Below, piece by piece: positions 11,763 to 23,320 of a stretch of 64,000 nucleotides of DNA. Both the position numbers and the translations under genes were made by a program. A model generated the notes under the pieces. It worked only from the letters and a program-made list of their open reading frames with translations, was not told the DNA's origin and did not search any database. Where the stretch lies: positions 64,001-128,000 of the forward strand of contig CAVPLT010000004.1 in NCBI GenBank assembly GCA_963706325.1, given 5' to 3'. This DNA comes from an uncultured Nitrospiraceae bacterium (GTDB lineage Bacteria; Nitrospirota; Nitrospiria; Nitrospirales; Nitrospiraceae). Each line of letters starts with the position of its first letter. The first letter of the stretch is position 1.

Positions 11763-13068
11763 GCGTCTCCTGACTAGTTTTCAGAACATCTTCAAGATAC
11801 CGGAGTTGCGGACCCGCGTGCTCTTTACGTTGGGGATGCTTGTCGTCTACCGGGTCGGCGCGCACATTCCAACTCCCGGGATCAACGGAGAGGCCTTATC
11901 TGAATTTCTCCAGAAGCAGGGTGGAGCGCTACTGGGATTTTTGGATATTTTTTCAGGTGGCTCGCTCTCGCGGTTGACGATATTTGCGCTGGGCATTATG
12001 CCCTACATTAGCGCGTCCATTATTCTGCAATTGCTGACAGTGGTGATCCCCCACCTTTCGAAGCTAGCGAAAGAAGGCGAGCGCGGACGAAAGAAGATCA
12101 TCCAATATACTCGATTCGGTACGATCGTCATCGCATTGATTCAGGGATTTGGGATCGCGGTTGGTCTCGAACAGATGAATCAGGGCGCCTTTGTGCTAAG
12201 CCCAGGGTGGGGATTCCGGTTAATGACCGTGATTACGCTCTGTGCGGGCACCGGGTTTCTCATGTGGTTGGGAGAACAGATTACCGAACGAGGGATTGGT
12301 AACGGAATCTCTCTGATCATCTTTGCCGGTATTGTCGCACGCTTGCCAGCAGCTGTAGCTCAGACGTTCGATTTGTACAAGGTGGGACAGCTGAGTTTTC
12401 CGCTGTTAGTAGTCCTCACCTTGGTCATGTTCGGTGTGGTTGCGGCCATTGTCTTTCTGGAAAGTGGCCGACGCAAAGTTCCTGTTCAATACGCGAAGCG
12501 TGTCATCGGACGTCGGGTGTACGGTGGGCAGAGTACGCATATTCCACTCAAAATTAATACAGCGGGCGTGATTCCGCCGATTTTCGCATCATCGATCATT
12601 GCCTTTCCGGCCACCATTGCCGGGTTTTTTGAAACGCCCTGGGTGAAGGAAATGGGTTCGCAATTGGCCCCTGGCTCCCTCCTCTACACGCTAATGTATG
12701 TGGGCCTGATTGTGTTTTTCTGTTTCTTTTATACCGCCGTCGTCATGAATCCCGTCGATATGGCGGATAATTTAAAGAAGTATGGTGGATTCGTTCCAGG
12801 CATACGTCCTGGTCAACGCACATCGGACTATATCTATTCGGTTTTAACCAAAATTACTTTTGCGGGGGCCATTTATCTGGCCATCGTCTGCGTGATTCCG
12901 GAATTTCTAATTTATAAGTTGAATATGCCGTTTTACTTTGGCGGAACCTCCCTCCTGATTGTTATCGGTGTGGGATTGGATACGGCGCAACAAATTGAGT
13001 CCCATCTCCTGAATCGCAATTATGACGGCTTCCTCCAAAAGGGGCGGCTGCGTGGTCGAACGACCTAA
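11755..13068 (+). CDS. secY: Preprotein translocase subunit SecY
   Basis: [38 protein letters not shown]. Confidence 0.99.
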   Translation: MFERLLTSFQNIFKIPELRTRVLFTLGMLVVYRVGAHIPTPGINGEALSEFLQKQGGALLGFLDIFSGGSLSRLTIFALGIMPYISASIILQLLTVVIPHLSKLAKEGERGRKKIIQYTRFGTIVIALIQGFGIAVGLEQMNQGAFVLSPGWGFRLMTVITLCAGTGFLMWLGEQITERGIGNGISLIIFAGIVARLPAAVAQTFDLYKVGQLSFPLLVVLTLVMFGVVAAIVFLESGRRKVPVQYAKRVIGRRVYGGQSTHIPLKINTAGVIPPIFASSIIAFPATIAGFFETPWVKEMGSQLAPGSLLYTLMYVGLIVFFCFFYTAVVMNPVDMADNLKKYGGFVPGIRPGQRTSDYIYSVLTKITFAGAIYLAIVCVIPEFLIYKLNMPFYFGGTSLLIVIGVGLDTAQQIESHLLNRNYDGFLQKGRLRGRTT

Positions 13069-13077
13069 GGCGCTTTG

Positions 13078-13734
13078 ATGCGACTCGTATTTCTCGGAGC
13101 TCCCGGGGTTGGAAAAGGTACTCAAGCTGATAGGATTACCGCGCAGTTTGGTTGGCCGAAAATTTCTACTGGCGACCTCCTGCGAGAGGCCGTCAGGAAC
13201 CAAACGTCCTTGGGTGTAGAAGCGAAGAAATGCATGGACGCGGGCAAGCTTGTACCTGATTCGGTTGTCATCAACATGGTACGCGCGAAGCTAGTGGATG
13301 CCCTTTGCCGAAATGGTTTTATTCTTGATGGGTTTCCAAGAACTGTTCCTCAAGCAGAAGAGCTGCACGAAATCCTTAATGAAAGCGGACTTACCCTTGA
13401 CCGGGTCATTAATTTTCGGGTGTCTCGTCGAGATATCGTCGAACGCCTCAGTGGGCGACGAAGTTGTCCCAAATGCCAAAGTGTTTTTCACCTAACCTTC
13501 GCGCAACCTAAGATCAGCGGTCGCTGTGACCGGTGTGGTGAAGCGCTGGTTCAGCGGAATGATGATAAGCCGGAAACGATTGAAGCGCGTTTGAAAGTTT
13601 ATGATGACCAGACGGCTCCATTGATCGCCCATTATCAGGCGAAACAGATCTTGAGCGAACTGGATGGGGCTGGCGACATGGGTGCTGTTTACGATAGGCT
13701 TGTGACCGTTCTCCGCGGGCTTCGGGCCGCATGA
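13078..13734 (+). CDS. adk: Adenylate kinase (Zn-lid type)
   Basis: GAPGVGKGTQ, LDGFPRT, CxxC..CxxC lid. Confidence 0.98.
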   Translation: MRLVFLGAPGVGKGTQADRITAQFGWPKISTGDLLREAVRNQTSLGVEAKKCMDAGKLVPDSVVINMVRAKLVDALCRNGFILDGFPRTVPQAEELHEILNESGLTLDRVINFRVSRRDIVERLSGRRSCPKCQSVFHLTFAQPKISGRCDRCGEALVQRNDDKPETIEARLKVYDDQTAPLIAHYQAKQILSELDGAGDMGAVYDRLVTVLRGLRAA

Positions 13735-14486
13735 TTGTGTTTAAAACGCCTGACGAAGTCGCGCTCATGGCCCAAGCGTCTCAGGTGGTCGCGGAAGTGC
13801 TGGAGCTGCTGAAGGAGAAGGTGTCCCCAGGTATCACCACCGACGATTTGGATCGCATGGCGGAAGAGGCAATTCGCGGGCGGGGTGCGATCCCTGCATT
13901 CAAGGGCTATCGGAATTATCCTAAAACGCTTTGTGCCTCAGTGAACGAGCAGGTTGTGCACGGTATCCCATCGAAACGTCGTCTCAAGGATGGGGATATC
14001 ATCGGGTTAGATCTTGGTGCAGTAGTGTCTGGATTCTACGGAGATTCTGCTGTCACCGTACCCGTGGGAACAGCAAGTAGTGAGGCAAGGCGTTTGATAC
14101 AAGTCACGGAAGAGTCGATGTACAGGGGCATCGCCGAGGCCGTGGTGGGCAATAGACTATCCGACGTGTCGCATGCCGTACAAACACATGTAGAAAAGTC
14201 TGGCTTCGCTGTAGTGACCGAATTTGTCGGACATGGTATAGGTCGGCAGCTGCATGAGGAGCCGCAGGTTCCGAACTACGGACGACCTGGGCAGGGCCCA
14301 CGATTGCAGGTTGGGATGGTGTTGGCCATCGAGCCCATGGTGAACATGGGAGCCAGCGCCATACGGATTCTGGAAGATCGCTGGACGGCCGTGACGCAAG
14401 ATGGATCCTGGTCGGCTCATTTTGAGCACACGATTGCCATTCAACCGAATGGTCCTGCGAAAATTCTCTCGCAGTTATCACATTAA
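13731..14486 (+). CDS. map: Methionine aminopeptidase type I
   Basis: [33 protein letters not shown]. Confidence 0.98.
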   Translation: MIVFKTPDEVALMAQASQVVAEVLELLKEKVSPGITTDDLDRMAEEAIRGRGAIPAFKGYRNYPKTLCASVNEQVVHGIPSKRRLKDGDIIGLDLGAVVSGFYGDSAVTVPVGTASSEARRLIQVTEESMYRGIAEAVVGNRLSDVSHAVQTHVEKSGFAVVTEFVGHGIGRQLHEEPQVPNYGRPGQGPRLQVGMVLAIEPMVNMGASAIRILEDRWTAVTQDGSWSAHFEHTIAIQPNGPAKILSQLSH

Positions 14487-14506
14487 GACGGGAGGCGTAC
14501 CGATAC

Positions 14507-14725
14507 GTGCCAAAAGAAGATGTCATAGAAGTGACCGGCACGGTGGCTGAAACACTCCCAAATGCAATGTTTCGCGTGGAATTGGAACATGGGCACAGAA
14601 TTTTAGCGCACATCTCGGGGAAAATGCGGATGCATTTCATTCGCATCCTCCCCGGCGATAAGGTGACAGTCCAATTGTCGCCCTACGATCTGACAAGGGG
14701 TCGCATCACCTATCGCTTCAAGTAG
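14507..14725 (+). CDS. infA: Translation initiation factor IF-1
   Basis: [33 protein letters not shown]. Confidence 0.99.
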   Translation: MPKEDVIEVTGTVAETLPNAMFRVELEHGHRILAHISGKMRMHFIRILPGDKVTVQLSPYDLTRGRITYRFK

Positions 14726-14742
14726 TGGAGAATGGAATTGCT

Positions 14743-14856
14743 ATGAAGGTCAAGTCGTCAGTAAAGCCGATTTGTGCAAAATGTAAAGTGGTCCGCAGGC
14801 GAGGGGTCGTGCGGGTGTTGTGCGCAAATCCCCGTCACAAGCAGCGGCAGGGTTGA
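14743..14856 (+). CDS. rpmJ: 50S ribosomal protein L36 (too short for the ORF track)
   Basis: Translated by hand: [37 protein letters not shown], 37 aa, between infA and rpsM. Confidence 0.97.
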   Translation: MKVKSSVKPICAKCKVVRRRGVVRVLCANPRHKQRQG

Positions 14857-14946
14857 CCGATTGCTGGGCCTCTTTGATATCGGGGCATTGTCGAATCTTT
14901 TCACTCGCGCTCACGTTGCGATGAAGGGACAGAATTAGGGGGAAAT

Positions 14947-15336
14947 ATGGCACGTATCGCTGGTGTGGATTTGCCAAAGGATAAGCGGATTGATATCGGG
15001 TTGACCTATGTATTTGGGATCGGTCGTGCTGCGGCACTGGCCATTCTAAAGAAGGCCGGGGTCGACGGCTCCATTCGGGTCAAGGACGTGAGCGAAGATA
15101 AGATCGTCAAGATGCGTGAAGTCATTGAGCGAGACTATCGGGTAGAAGGTGATTTACGAAAAGAAGTGTCGATGAACATCAAGCGTCTTGTGGATACCGG
15201 AACATTTCGTGGACTCCGGCATCGCAAGGGATTGCCAGTTCGCGGACAGCGAACCAAAACAAACGCGCGTACCCGCAAAGGGAGACGTTCGGGTGTAGGG
15301 AGCAAACCGCAGAAGCCCGCTGGTTCAAGAGCATAA
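14947..15336 (+). CDS. rpsM: 30S ribosomal protein S13
   Basis: [31 protein letters not shown]. Confidence 0.99.
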   Translation: MARIAGVDLPKDKRIDIGLTYVFGIGRAAALAILKKAGVDGSIRVKDVSEDKIVKMREVIERDYRVEGDLRKEVSMNIKRLVDTGTFRGLRHRKGLPVRGQRTKTNARTRKGRRSGVGSKPQKPAGSRA

Positions 15337-15377
15337 GAGGCTAGACCGAGCAGGCGCCATGCGCTGAGGGAGATTCT

Positions 15378-15761
15378 ATGAGTGTGAAGAAGGGCAAAAA
15401 GAAAGAACGCAAGATTGTCCAGAGTGGTGTGGCTCACGTTCAGGCATCGTTCAACAATACGATCGTGACCATCACTGACATGAGCGGCAATACTGTCGTA
15501 TGGGCGAGCTCAGGCAACCAGGGCTTTAAGGGGTCACGGAAGAGCACGCCGTTTGCGGCACAGCGCGCAGGAGAGGCAGCTGCGAGGAAGGCGATGGAAA
15601 ACGGCATGCGCCAGGTGGATGTGTATGTGAATGGTCCAGGCGCCGGGCGTGAATCAGCCATTCGCTCGCTGCAAAGTGCCGGCTTGCGCATCAACCTCAT
15701 CCGTGACGTGACGCCCATTCCACATAACGGGTGTCGACCGCCGAAGCGCCGGCGCGTCTAG
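15378..15761 (+). CDS. rpsK: 30S ribosomal protein S11
   Basis: [31 protein letters not shown]. Confidence 0.99.
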   Translation: MSVKKGKKKERKIVQSGVAHVQASFNNTIVTITDMSGNTVVWASSGNQGFKGSRKSTPFAAQRAGEAAARKAMENGMRQVDVYVNGPGAGRESAIRSLQSAGLRINLIRDVTPIPHNGCRPPKRRRV

Positions 15762-15842
15762 CAGCGGTGGTGAGATGAGAGCAACAAAGTACTCGCTGAT
15801 CGAATCGTATTTGAGTCGTTGAGGTAGAGGAGGGGTAGGAGC

Positions 15843-16469
15843 GTGGCAAAATATAGTGGACCTGTCTGCCGGTTGTGTCGGAGGGAGGGCGAGAAGCTCT
15901 TTTTGAAAGGGTCTCGTTGTATGACCGAGAAGTGCGCTATTGAGCGCCGGAGTTATCCTCCCGGGCAGCACGGTCAGGCTCGCCAGCGAACCTCAGATTA
16001 CAGTCTGCAGTTACGTGAGAAGCAGAAACTGAAGAGAATTTACGGGTTGCAAGAATGCCAATTCAGAGGCATTTTTGAGCGTGCGGAACGCCAAACTGGA
16101 GTGACGGGCGATACGCTCCTCCGCTTGTTGGAATGTCGATTGGACAATGTGGTTTACCGGCTCGGCTTCGGTGCTTCGCGCAAGGAGGCTCGGCAATTGG
16201 TCAATCACGGTCACATGTTGATCAATGGACGCAAAGTGAAGGCTCCCGGCGCACTCGTAAAAGCAGGGGACGCCATAGAAGTTCGACAGAAAAGTCGTGA
16301 GATGCTTCCGATTCAGGGTGCCCTAGCGGCGGTGGACGGGCGTGGTATTCCGGAATGGCTCGAATTGGATAGGGGCGCATTCAAGGGGATGATTCGCTCG
16401 TTGCCAACGAAGGAGCATATTGTCCTCCCGGTGAACGAGCAAATGGTCGTGGAATTGTACTCGCGCTAA
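15843..16469 (+). CDS. rpsD: 30S ribosomal protein S4
   Basis: CRLCRREG, QLREKQK, RLDNVVYRLG, VVELYSR. Confidence 0.99.
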   Translation: MAKYSGPVCRLCRREGEKLFLKGSRCMTEKCAIERRSYPPGQHGQARQRTSDYSLQLREKQKLKRIYGLQECQFRGIFERAERQTGVTGDTLLRLLECRLDNVVYRLGFGASRKEARQLVNHGHMLINGRKVKAPGALVKAGDAIEVRQKSREMLPIQGALAAVDGRGIPEWLELDRGAFKGMIRSLPTKEHIVLPVNEQMVVELYSR

Positions 16470-16548
16470 GCGATCATGGTGGGGAAGCGCAGGACCCGAC
16501 CGTGGCTGAACGATAGATGGGCTTACACGAGATAATGAAGGGGGAGTC

Positions 16549-17550
16549 ATGATTAAAGCGATGAAAGACTTTCAGATCCCCATGCGGGTGGAAGTCGACA
16601 AGGACAGTCTTTCCCCGACATTCGGCAGATTTACGACAGAGGCATTCGAGCGAGGGTTCGGCACCACGGTCGGGAACTCGCTACGCCGTGTGTTGTTGTC
16701 TTCCTTGACTGGGGCTGCGGTGACAACCGTCAAGATTGAAAGCGTGTTACACGAATTCTCAACGATCCCTGGCGTGACAGAGGATGTGACATCCATCATT
16801 TTGAATGTGAAAAGTCTTCGACTAGCTTTACTGGGCGACAAGCCAAAAACCATTCGGTTGAAGAAAAAGGGACCTGGGGAAGCGAAGGGATCCGATATCA
16901 CGCATGACGGTGACGTGACCATTCTGACTCCAGACTTACACATTGCGACGCTGGATAAAGATGCCGCTCTTGATATAGAGATGACCATCAAGCATGGACG
17001 CGGGTTTGTTCCCGCTGAACGAAATAAGGAAGAGGGATTGCCCATCGGTGTGATTGCCGTGGACTCCATCTTTTCACCAATCAAGCGCGTAAATTTTCAG
17101 GTTGAAAATGCCCGCGTCGGGCGCATGACCGACTACGACAAGCTGACTCTAGAAATTTGGACGGACGGAACGATTTCCCCTCGCGACGCGTTGTCCAATG
17201 CCGCAGGGATTCTCCGTGAGCACCTGGACATCTTCATCAATCCTGAGGAGCGTTCCGACGCGAAGCCGGCTGTCGGCACTGAAGATCTCTCGGACGAGGT
17301 CAACAAGAATTTGTATCGAAGCGTGAATGAATTGGAATTGTCGGTTCGCGCAGCCAACTGCCTGAAGAACGCCAATATCAAGACCATTGCCGATTTGGTG
17401 CAGAAAACTGAAGCCGAAATGTTGAAGACCAAGAATTTCGGCAAGAAATCGCTCAACGAAATCAAGGAAATCCTGACCGAAATGGGACTGAGCCTTGGAA
17501 TGAAGGTCGACGCCTTGCCGTCAGGCGACACAGGCGTGCGGTCAGAGTAA
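16549..17550 (+). CDS. rpoA: RNA polymerase alpha subunit
   Basis: [39 protein letters not shown]. Confidence 0.99.
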   Translation: MIKAMKDFQIPMRVEVDKDSLSPTFGRFTTEAFERGFGTTVGNSLRRVLLSSLTGAAVTTVKIESVLHEFSTIPGVTEDVTSIILNVKSLRLALLGDKPKTIRLKKKGPGEAKGSDITHDGDVTILTPDLHIATLDKDAALDIEMTIKHGRGFVPAERNKEEGLPIGVIAVDSIFSPIKRVNFQVENARVGRMTDYDKLTLEIWTDGTISPRDALSNAAGILREHLDIFINPEERSDAKPAVGTEDLSDEVNKNLYRSVNELELSVRAANCLKNANIKTIADLVQKTEAEMLKTKNFGKKSLNEIKEILTEMGLSLGMKVDALPSGDTGVRSE

Positions 17551-17568
17551 GAAAGGAACAGGACTACT

Positions 17569-18015
17569 GTGCGCCACAAAAAGAAGGGCCGACAGCTCGG
17601 ACGTCAAACAAAACATCGCTGGGCGCTGTTCCGGAGCCTCGTGACTTCGCTGCTGGAGCATGAACGGATTGAAACGACGGAGGCCAAAGCGAAAGAAATT
17701 CGTGGCTTTACCGACAGGATGATTTCCCTGGGGAAGGACGGCAGTCTGCCGGCTCGTCGCCGTGCGCTTAGTTTCTTACGGAGCAAGGCCGTGGTCTCGA
17801 AGCTCTTCAGCGATGTCGCCGCACGGTTTCGTGATCGTCCGGGGGGATACACACGCATTATCCGAACTCGCCGCCGGGTGGGTGACGCGGCGGAAATGGT
17901 GGCGATGGAGTTGGTCGCCAGACCCGCCGTGCCAGCGGTCACCGCAGCAACCGATAGTACAGTTGCACCGACGAAGGATGTTACTGGAAAAAGCTCTCTT
18001 CCTGCCGAATCTTAA
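17569..18015 (+). CDS. rplQ: 50S ribosomal protein L17
   Basis: MRHKK..R.LGR, IETTEAKAKE, RPGGYTRI. Confidence 0.98.
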   Translation: MRHKKKGRQLGRQTKHRWALFRSLVTSLLEHERIETTEAKAKEIRGFTDRMISLGKDGSLPARRRALSFLRSKAVVSKLFSDVAARFRDRPGGYTRIIRTRRRVGDAAEMVAMELVARPAVPAVTAATDSTVAPTKDVTGKSSLPAES

Positions 18016-18021
18016 ACGGAT

Positions 18022-18055
18022 AGTGCCACGACGACCGTAAGGCTGTCGTGGCACT
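18022..18055. terminator. Hairpin closing the ribosomal cluster
   Basis: 11-bp inverted repeat AGTGCCACGAC/GTCGTGGCACT just after the rplQ stop; no U-tract. Confidence 0.5.
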
Positions 18056-18203
18056 GAATCGCCACTACACCTCGTCCCCGTTAGATTTCTTCGCACTTCT
18101 CGTTTATCATTGTTCTCCAGTCGGTTTACATGGCCTAGGTGGAATGCTACTATCGTGCCACCGGATGTAAACGAGAAAGCTCTATAACTTAGGAGCTTTG
18201 CGC

Positions 18204-18776
18204 ATGTGGGAACGTTGGATTCGTCGAGGTCTTCTGGCTCTGAGTGTGGTTCTGGCGGGTTTTCTTGGATATCTGCTCGTTACACGATCCAATCCTGGTT
18301 CTTCGTCGCGATCGGTCGCCGCAGTGGGTGCCGAATCTGCCGACGCGCATATTCAAGACTTCACCTACACGCAGACTAAAGGGGATATTGTTCAATGGAA
18401 AGTGCAGGCAGAACAGGCTCGCCTGTTTGAGAAGGACAGCCGCGCCGTTCTGAACAAGGTCCAGGTCACGCTCTACGGCACGCAAGGTCAGGAACTGACA
18501 TTATCGGGTGACGAGGGCACGCTTGATACTCAGACGAAGAATTTTCAGCTTTCCAACCGCACGACACCCATCGTAGTGGAAACACAAAGTGGATATACGA
18601 TTCACACCAATCACCTCATGTGGACAGATGCTCGGCATGAAATTCAAACCGGCGAGCACGTTACGATCAATGGGCATGGGTTGCAAGTCACAGGGACCGG
18701 TTTGCTTGGGAAAATGGACATTGAGGAATTTCAGATTCTGGACGATGTTCGCGTGGATGTGGTGCCTGCTTCTTAG
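18204..18776 (+). CDS. lptC: LPS export periplasmic protein LptC-like
   Basis: Single N-terminal TM segment followed by a beta-rich domain; directly upstream of lptA/lptB; AGGAG RBS. Confidence 0.75.
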   Translation: MWERWIRRGLLALSVVLAGFLGYLLVTRSNPGSSSRSVAAVGAESADAHIQDFTYTQTKGDIVQWKVQAEQARLFEKDSRAVLNKVQVTLYGTQGQELTLSGDEGTLDTQTKNFQLSNRTTPIVVETQSGYTIHTNHLMWTDARHEIQTGEHVTINGHGLQVTGTGLLGKMDIEEFQILDDVRVDVVPAS

Positions 18777-19350
18777 TGGTGAGGGCTGGCTGACAGGTGC
18801 ACTTGCGCGTGCTGCGGATCCGCCGGTATCAAACCAGGCGAGCGCCGGTCAGGTATCAACGACGATCACGTCCCGAACCATGACCGTCAACAATCAGGAA
18901 AATACCGCTATTTTTGACGGTTCAGTCGTCTTAACGCGTGGCCCGTTGGTGGTGTATTCTGACCACATGGTCGTCACGTTTCATGGGAGTGGCAATGGTA
19001 CGGAGCCCCGGAACCCCGCCGGCGCGCCCAAACCTCAAAACAATCTGGGCATCAATAAGCAGACTTCTCGAGGCCGCGGACCGACGCCTACGGTTTCCGA
19101 TCGTGGTATTCGTATGCTTGAGGCCACTGGGCGAGTGAAAATTCAGAAGGAAGACGGCCGAGCCACATGCCAGAAGGCCGTATACTATGAGGCCGAAAAG
19201 AAAATTGTTCTCACTGGTGACCCGGTTGCTTGGCAGAAGGGGACGCGCGTCTCCGGGAAGCGCATTATTATGTTCCTCGATGAGGATCGAAGTGTGGTGG
19301 AAGGCGACTCTCAAGTGATTATCGAAGGTGAAGCCGGAGGGAAGCGGTGA
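18745..19350 (+). CDS. lptA: LptA/OstA family LPS transport protein
   Basis: Signal peptide; [27 protein letters not shown] OstA-like strands; start uncertain. Confidence 0.8.
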   Translation: MFAWMWCLLLSGEGWLTGALARAADPPVSNQASAGQVSTTITSRTMTVNNQENTAIFDGSVVLTRGPLVVYSDHMVVTFHGSGNGTEPRNPAGAPKPQNNLGINKQTSRGRGPTPTVSDRGIRMLEATGRVKIQKEDGRATCQKAVYYEAEKKIVLTGDPVAWQKGTRVSGKRIIMFLDEDRSVVEGDSQVIIEGEAGGKR

Positions 19351-20132
19351 TTGAGACGCCTTCCGATGTCCCGACGCGCCTTCTCCGAACGACTACCGCG
19401 CCGAAGGTGGCGGATCGACTGGCTGCAACCGGTCTGGTAAAGAGTTTCCGGAGCCGCAAAGTGGTGAAGGGCGTTTCGCTTGATGTCCGGGCTGGTGAAG
19501 TGGTGGGGTTACTGGGGCCAAACGGGGCCGGCAAAACAACAATCTTCGATATGATGGTCGGGCTCTGCCAACCAGATGAAGGGCAGATCACATTGAGCGG
19601 CCAGGACATCACGGATTTACCGATGTATAAGCGAGCGCGTCGTGGCATCGGCTATTTGCCCCAGGAATCATCGGTGTTTCGTCGTTTGTCGGTGGAACAC
19701 AATATCCTTGCGATTCTGGAGATGCTGGGCTATTCGAGAAGAGAGCGGAGTGACCGTGTCGAAACATTGCTGAAGGAACTGGACCTGGTGCATATTCGGA
19801 CAAGTAAGGCATACGCCTTGTCGGGGGGAGAACGTCGGCGTTTGGAGATTACCCGTGCGTTGGCCACCAGTCCGTTGTTTATGTTGCTCGATGAACCGTT
19901 CGCCGGCATCGATCCAATTGCCGTCGCCGATATCCAGCAGATCATCATTCGCTTGAAGCAGCGGCACATCGGCGTGTTGATTACCGATCATAATGTTCGA
20001 GAGACGCTCTCGATCACGGATCGGGCCTATATCATCAACGAGGGAACCATATTGGAAGCGGGGCCGCCGGGGGTCATTGAAAAAAGTGAAATGGCAAGAG
20101 CTGTGTATCTCGGCGAAGGTTTCCGTCTTTAG
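19347..20132 (+). CDS. lptB: LPS export ABC ATPase
   Basis: [51 protein letters not shown]. Confidence 0.96.
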   Translation: MIETPSDVPTRLLRTTTAPKVADRLAATGLVKSFRSRKVVKGVSLDVRAGEVVGLLGPNGAGKTTIFDMMVGLCQPDEGQITLSGQDITDLPMYKRARRGIGYLPQESSVFRRLSVEHNILAILEMLGYSRRERSDRVETLLKELDLVHIRTSKAYALSGGERRRLEITRALATSPLFMLLDEPFAGIDPIAVADIQQIIIRLKQRHIGVLITDHNVRETLSITDRAYIINEGTILEAGPPGVIEKSEMARAVYLGEGFRL

Positions 20133-20153
20133 GGAGCGGGGAGTGAGCGTGCG

Positions 20154-21671
20154 ATGAAGCTACGACTGGATTTGCGGCTCAGTCAAAAACTGATTATGAC
20201 GCCGCAGTTGCAACAGGCGATCAAGTTGTTGCAACTGTCTCGGTTGGAGCTTCAGCAGAGTCTGCAGCAGCACCTGATGGAAAATCCGTTATTGGATGAG
20301 TTGGTAACGGAGACCGAAGAGAACGAGGAAGCCGCGGCGACCGATCGGGAACAGTCGGAGACGCCCATCTCCGCATCGAGCGACACGCCCAGTGATGGCG
20401 ACGACAAGCCGGCCGAGAGCGGAGAAAATGCCGAAGAGTTTTCTGCCTCCAGCTGGGAAGACTATTTTGATACGGACCTACGTCGCGGTGAAACGGAATA
20501 CAATTCCTCGTCGAAAGAGGAGTTTCCCTCCTACGAACAAACCGTCGCCAAATTCACCTCACTGGAAGATCATCTGGTCTGGCAGCTGTCCTTGTCGGGC
20601 CTTTCCGATCGGGAGAAAGCCATCGGGCGACTCATCATCGGCAATCTTGATGATGACGGATACCTTCGCATGACCTTGGAGGAACTGGTGGCGGGAACGG
20701 TATATTCCGTCTCAGAGGCGGAGTCGGTCTTGCAGGATGTCCAAGGCTTCGATCCCAATGGGGTGGCGGCGAGAGACTTGCCCGAATGCTTGCTGCTCCA
20801 ACTCAAATTTCTCGGTCGTAGCCAGATCGGGTCGTTGGGCTCCCGGCCCGGGGTGCTGAAGGGGTCGGTGCTGGAAGACATCGTGCTGCACCACCTGAAG
20901 GACCTGGAAAAGAAGCAGTACAGCCGAATTGCCAAGGCCTTAAATATTCCGATGGAGGATGTGTTTCAGGCAACCCGCATTATCGAAGGGCTAGAGCCGA
21001 AGCCGGGACGGCCCTTCTCGAATACGCAGAATTATGCGATCGTTCCAGACGTGTTCGTTGTCAAAACCGAAGGTGAGTGGGAAGTCTTGCTCAATGATGA
21101 TGGACTGCCTCGTATGCGCATCAGCCCTTACTACAAGCAGCTGATGTCCTCCGGGCAGTCAGGAACGGCAGAGACCAAGGCGTATTTGGACGATAAGTTG
21201 CGTGCGGCACAATGGGTGATCCGAAGTATCGAGCAACGCAACAAGACGATTGTAAAAGTCGTCTCGAGCATTGTGAAGTTTCAAGAAGGATTTTTCGAAC
21301 GCGGCATCCAATATTTGAAACCTTTGGTACTCAAGCAGGTTGCTGAAGATATCGGCATGCATGAATCAACCATCAGCCGAGTGACTGCCAACAAATACAT
21401 GTATTGCCCGCAGGGCATGCTGGAGTTGAAATTTTTCTTCAACGCAGGCCTCCAGCGAGCTGATCAGCCGCTGGATATGTTGTCGTCGCTGACGGTGCGC
21501 GAGATGATACGGAAGATGGTGGCCGCAGAAGACGCGCGCAAGCCGTTGAAGGACGAGGAGATTGCTGCAAAACTTCGTACCCAGCAAGTGTTGATTGCTC
21601 GCCGTACGGTGGCCAAATATCGTGCAGAGGATAATATTCCTTCTGCCACGCAACGAAAGCGGTTTTTTTAA
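20154..21671 (+). CDS. rpoN: RNA polymerase sigma-54 factor
   Basis: MTPQLQQAIKLLQL, HESTISR, RpoN box ARRTVAKYR. Confidence 0.99.
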   Translation: MKLRLDLRLSQKLIMTPQLQQAIKLLQLSRLELQQSLQQHLMENPLLDELVTETEENEEAAATDREQSETPISASSDTPSDGDDKPAESGENAEEFSASSWEDYFDTDLRRGETEYNSSSKEEFPSYEQTVAKFTSLEDHLVWQLSLSGLSDREKAIGRLIIGNLDDDGYLRMTLEELVAGTVYSVSEAESVLQDVQGFDPNGVAARDLPECLLLQLKFLGRSQIGSLGSRPGVLKGSVLEDIVLHHLKDLEKKQYSRIAKALNIPMEDVFQATRIIEGLEPKPGRPFSNTQNYAIVPDVFVVKTEGEWEVLLNDDGLPRMRISPYYKQLMSSGQSGTAETKAYLDDKLRAAQWVIRSIEQRNKTIVKVVSSIVKFQEGFFERGIQYLKPLVLKQVAEDIGMHESTISRVTANKYMYCPQGMLELKFFFNAGLQRADQPLDMLSSLTVREMIRKMVAAEDARKPLKDEEIAAKLRTQQVLIARRTVAKYRAEDNIPSATQRKRFF

Positions 21672-21683
21672 GCGTGGACACCA

Positions 21684-21712
21684 GCCTTGCGGAGAAAGTT
21701 TCTCCGTAAGGC
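21684..21712. terminator. Stem-loop between rpoN and hpf
   Basis: GCCTTGCGGAGA/TCTCCGTAAGGC 12-bp stem; no U-tract. Confidence 0.4.
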
Positions 21713-21775
21713 ACAACAATCATCGCAACGAGCTCGATCGCCAGTGGCGTACGGAGCCCGAGAAACGAGGATGGT

Positions 21776-22333
21776 ATGCGATTGATGATCACGGGACGGC
21801 ACGTAGCGGTAACCCCCGCCTTGCGGGAGTATGTCGAAACACGCATGGAGCGACTTGATCGTTATGGACTGAAGCTGGGAACATTGCAGATTCTCCTGAG
21901 TCTGGAGAAATTTCATCATGTGGCCGAAGTGGTCGGAGTGGTCCAAGGCCGGCGTCTACAGGCTAAAACGTCTACCGAAGAAATGTATGCCTCAATCGAC
22001 GAGGTCGTGGATAAGCTCGGGGCCCAACTGCGAAAACTAAAAGAGCGGAAAACGAACCACAAATTCGGTGATCAGCCGCTTGTGCGTGCATTAGTCCGCA
22101 AGAATGTGAGTCCGGACCATAGCGAGGTGGAGGTTGTCCATCCAACGCTGGAGGCGATGACAGTCGAAGACGCCGTCGCCGCACTTCATGCTCGGCAGCA
22201 GAGTGTCCTCATGTTCATGAATGCTGTGTCGGGGGACATCCAGGTTCTCCAACGGTTGCCCAATGGGAAAGTGTCTCTCATCGATCCTGCGCCCAGCCGT
22301 GGCCGTGCTCGTGCCTCCCATGGCCGCGCTTAA
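21776..22333 (+). CDS. hpf: Ribosome hibernation promoting factor (long HPF/RaiA type)
   Basis: ITGRHVAVTPALREYV, MYASIDEVVDKL..QLRK.K, C-terminal MTVEDA extension; follows rpoN. Confidence 0.9.
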   Translation: MRLMITGRHVAVTPALREYVETRMERLDRYGLKLGTLQILLSLEKFHHVAEVVGVVQGRRLQAKTSTEEMYASIDEVVDKLGAQLRKLKERKTNHKFGDQPLVRALVRKNVSPDHSEVEVVHPTLEAMTVEDAVAALHARQQSVLMFMNAVSGDIQVLQRLPNGKVSLIDPAPSRGRARASHGRA

Positions 22334-23186
22334 TCTTGTGGTCATCAGCGGTCTTTCCGGATCCGGAAAGAGCCATGCCTTAAAGGCCTTTGAAGACGCG
22401 GGTTATTTCTGCGTCGACAATCTTCCTCCGGCGTTACTACCCACCTTCGTCGAATTGTGTCATCAGCAAGGCGGCGAGATTAAGAATGTCGCTCTTGGCA
22501 TCGATATTCGTGAACGGGTATTTTTTGGAGACTTAGCGAAGGTCTTGGGCGAGTTGAAGGCGCAGGGGCATGCGCTGCAGCTCGTTTTCTTGGAAGCCCG
22601 AGAGGAAGTCTTAGTTCGCCGGTTTTCAGAAAGCCGCCGTCCGCACCCTGTGCTGCCTGACCTGCCGGTAGTGGAGGGGGTGCGGTTTGAGCGCGAACGA
22701 CTCAGCGAATTACGGAAACACGCGGATCAGGTGATCGATACATCCAGCATCACCGTGCACGAATTGCGCGATTTGCTGATTCGACAATTCCGTCAAGAGA
22801 CTGCCGTCCGTCGCATGACCATTTCTCTGGTCACCTTTGGATATAAGTTCGGCGTGCCCTATGACATCGACCTTCTCTTCGATGTCCGATTTATCAGAAA
22901 TCCGTTCTTTATACCCGAGTTGAAAGCACTGACCGGTGAAGATCTTCGGGTGCAACAGTATGTATTCGGGGATCCTGCTGCGGGCCAATTTCTTGATCAT
23001 TTGGAAAAGCTGTTCGCGTTTCTCATACCGTTGTACGAGCGCGACCAACGGAGTTACCTCAGTATTGGCATCGGTTGTACCGGAGGGCGTCATCGGTCTG
23101 TCACGATCGCCTTGCGCCTCCAGGAGCGATTCGCGACGCTCGGCTACGACGTCTCCATAACCCACCGAGACCGGCAAAAATCCTAG
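22320..23186 (+). CDS. rapZ: RNase adapter RapZ/YvcJ P-loop protein
   Basis: SGLSGSGKS, CVDNLPP, RRFSESRRPHP, FGYKFGVP, GCTGGRHRSV. Confidence 0.95.
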   Translation: MAALNLVVISGLSGSGKSHALKAFEDAGYFCVDNLPPALLPTFVELCHQQGGEIKNVALGIDIRERVFFGDLAKVLGELKAQGHALQLVFLEAREEVLVRRFSESRRPHPVLPDLPVVEGVRFERERLSELRKHADQVIDTSSITVHELRDLLIRQFRQETAVRRMTISLVTFGYKFGVPYDIDLLFDVRFIRNPFFIPELKALTGEDLRVQQYVFGDPAAGQFLDHLEKLFAFLIPLYERDQRSYLSIGIGCTGGRHRSVTIALRLQERFATLGYDVSITHRDRQKS

Positions 23187-23241
23187 TATTCGTATCTCCT
23201 TCGGACTGTTTGAACCCCTCATCGCACCCCGGTCCACTTTC

Positions 23242-23269
23242 TTGACAGGTGGACTATATCAACTATACT
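23242..23269 (+). promoter_or_regulatory. Candidate sigma-70 promoter for the HTH-pilMNOPQ operon
   Basis: TTGACA-N16-TATACT upstream of 23321. Confidence 0.55.
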
Positions 23270-23320
23270 TAATTTCGTGGGCTCGAATTGCGCGATCAAT
23301 AGCGGCGTTTGAGGCGGTGC

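Noticed and set aside
18049..18064. TGGCAC as a possible sigma-54 -24 box before lptC
   Set aside because: No TTGC-type -12 element, and it is part of the post-rplQ hairpin
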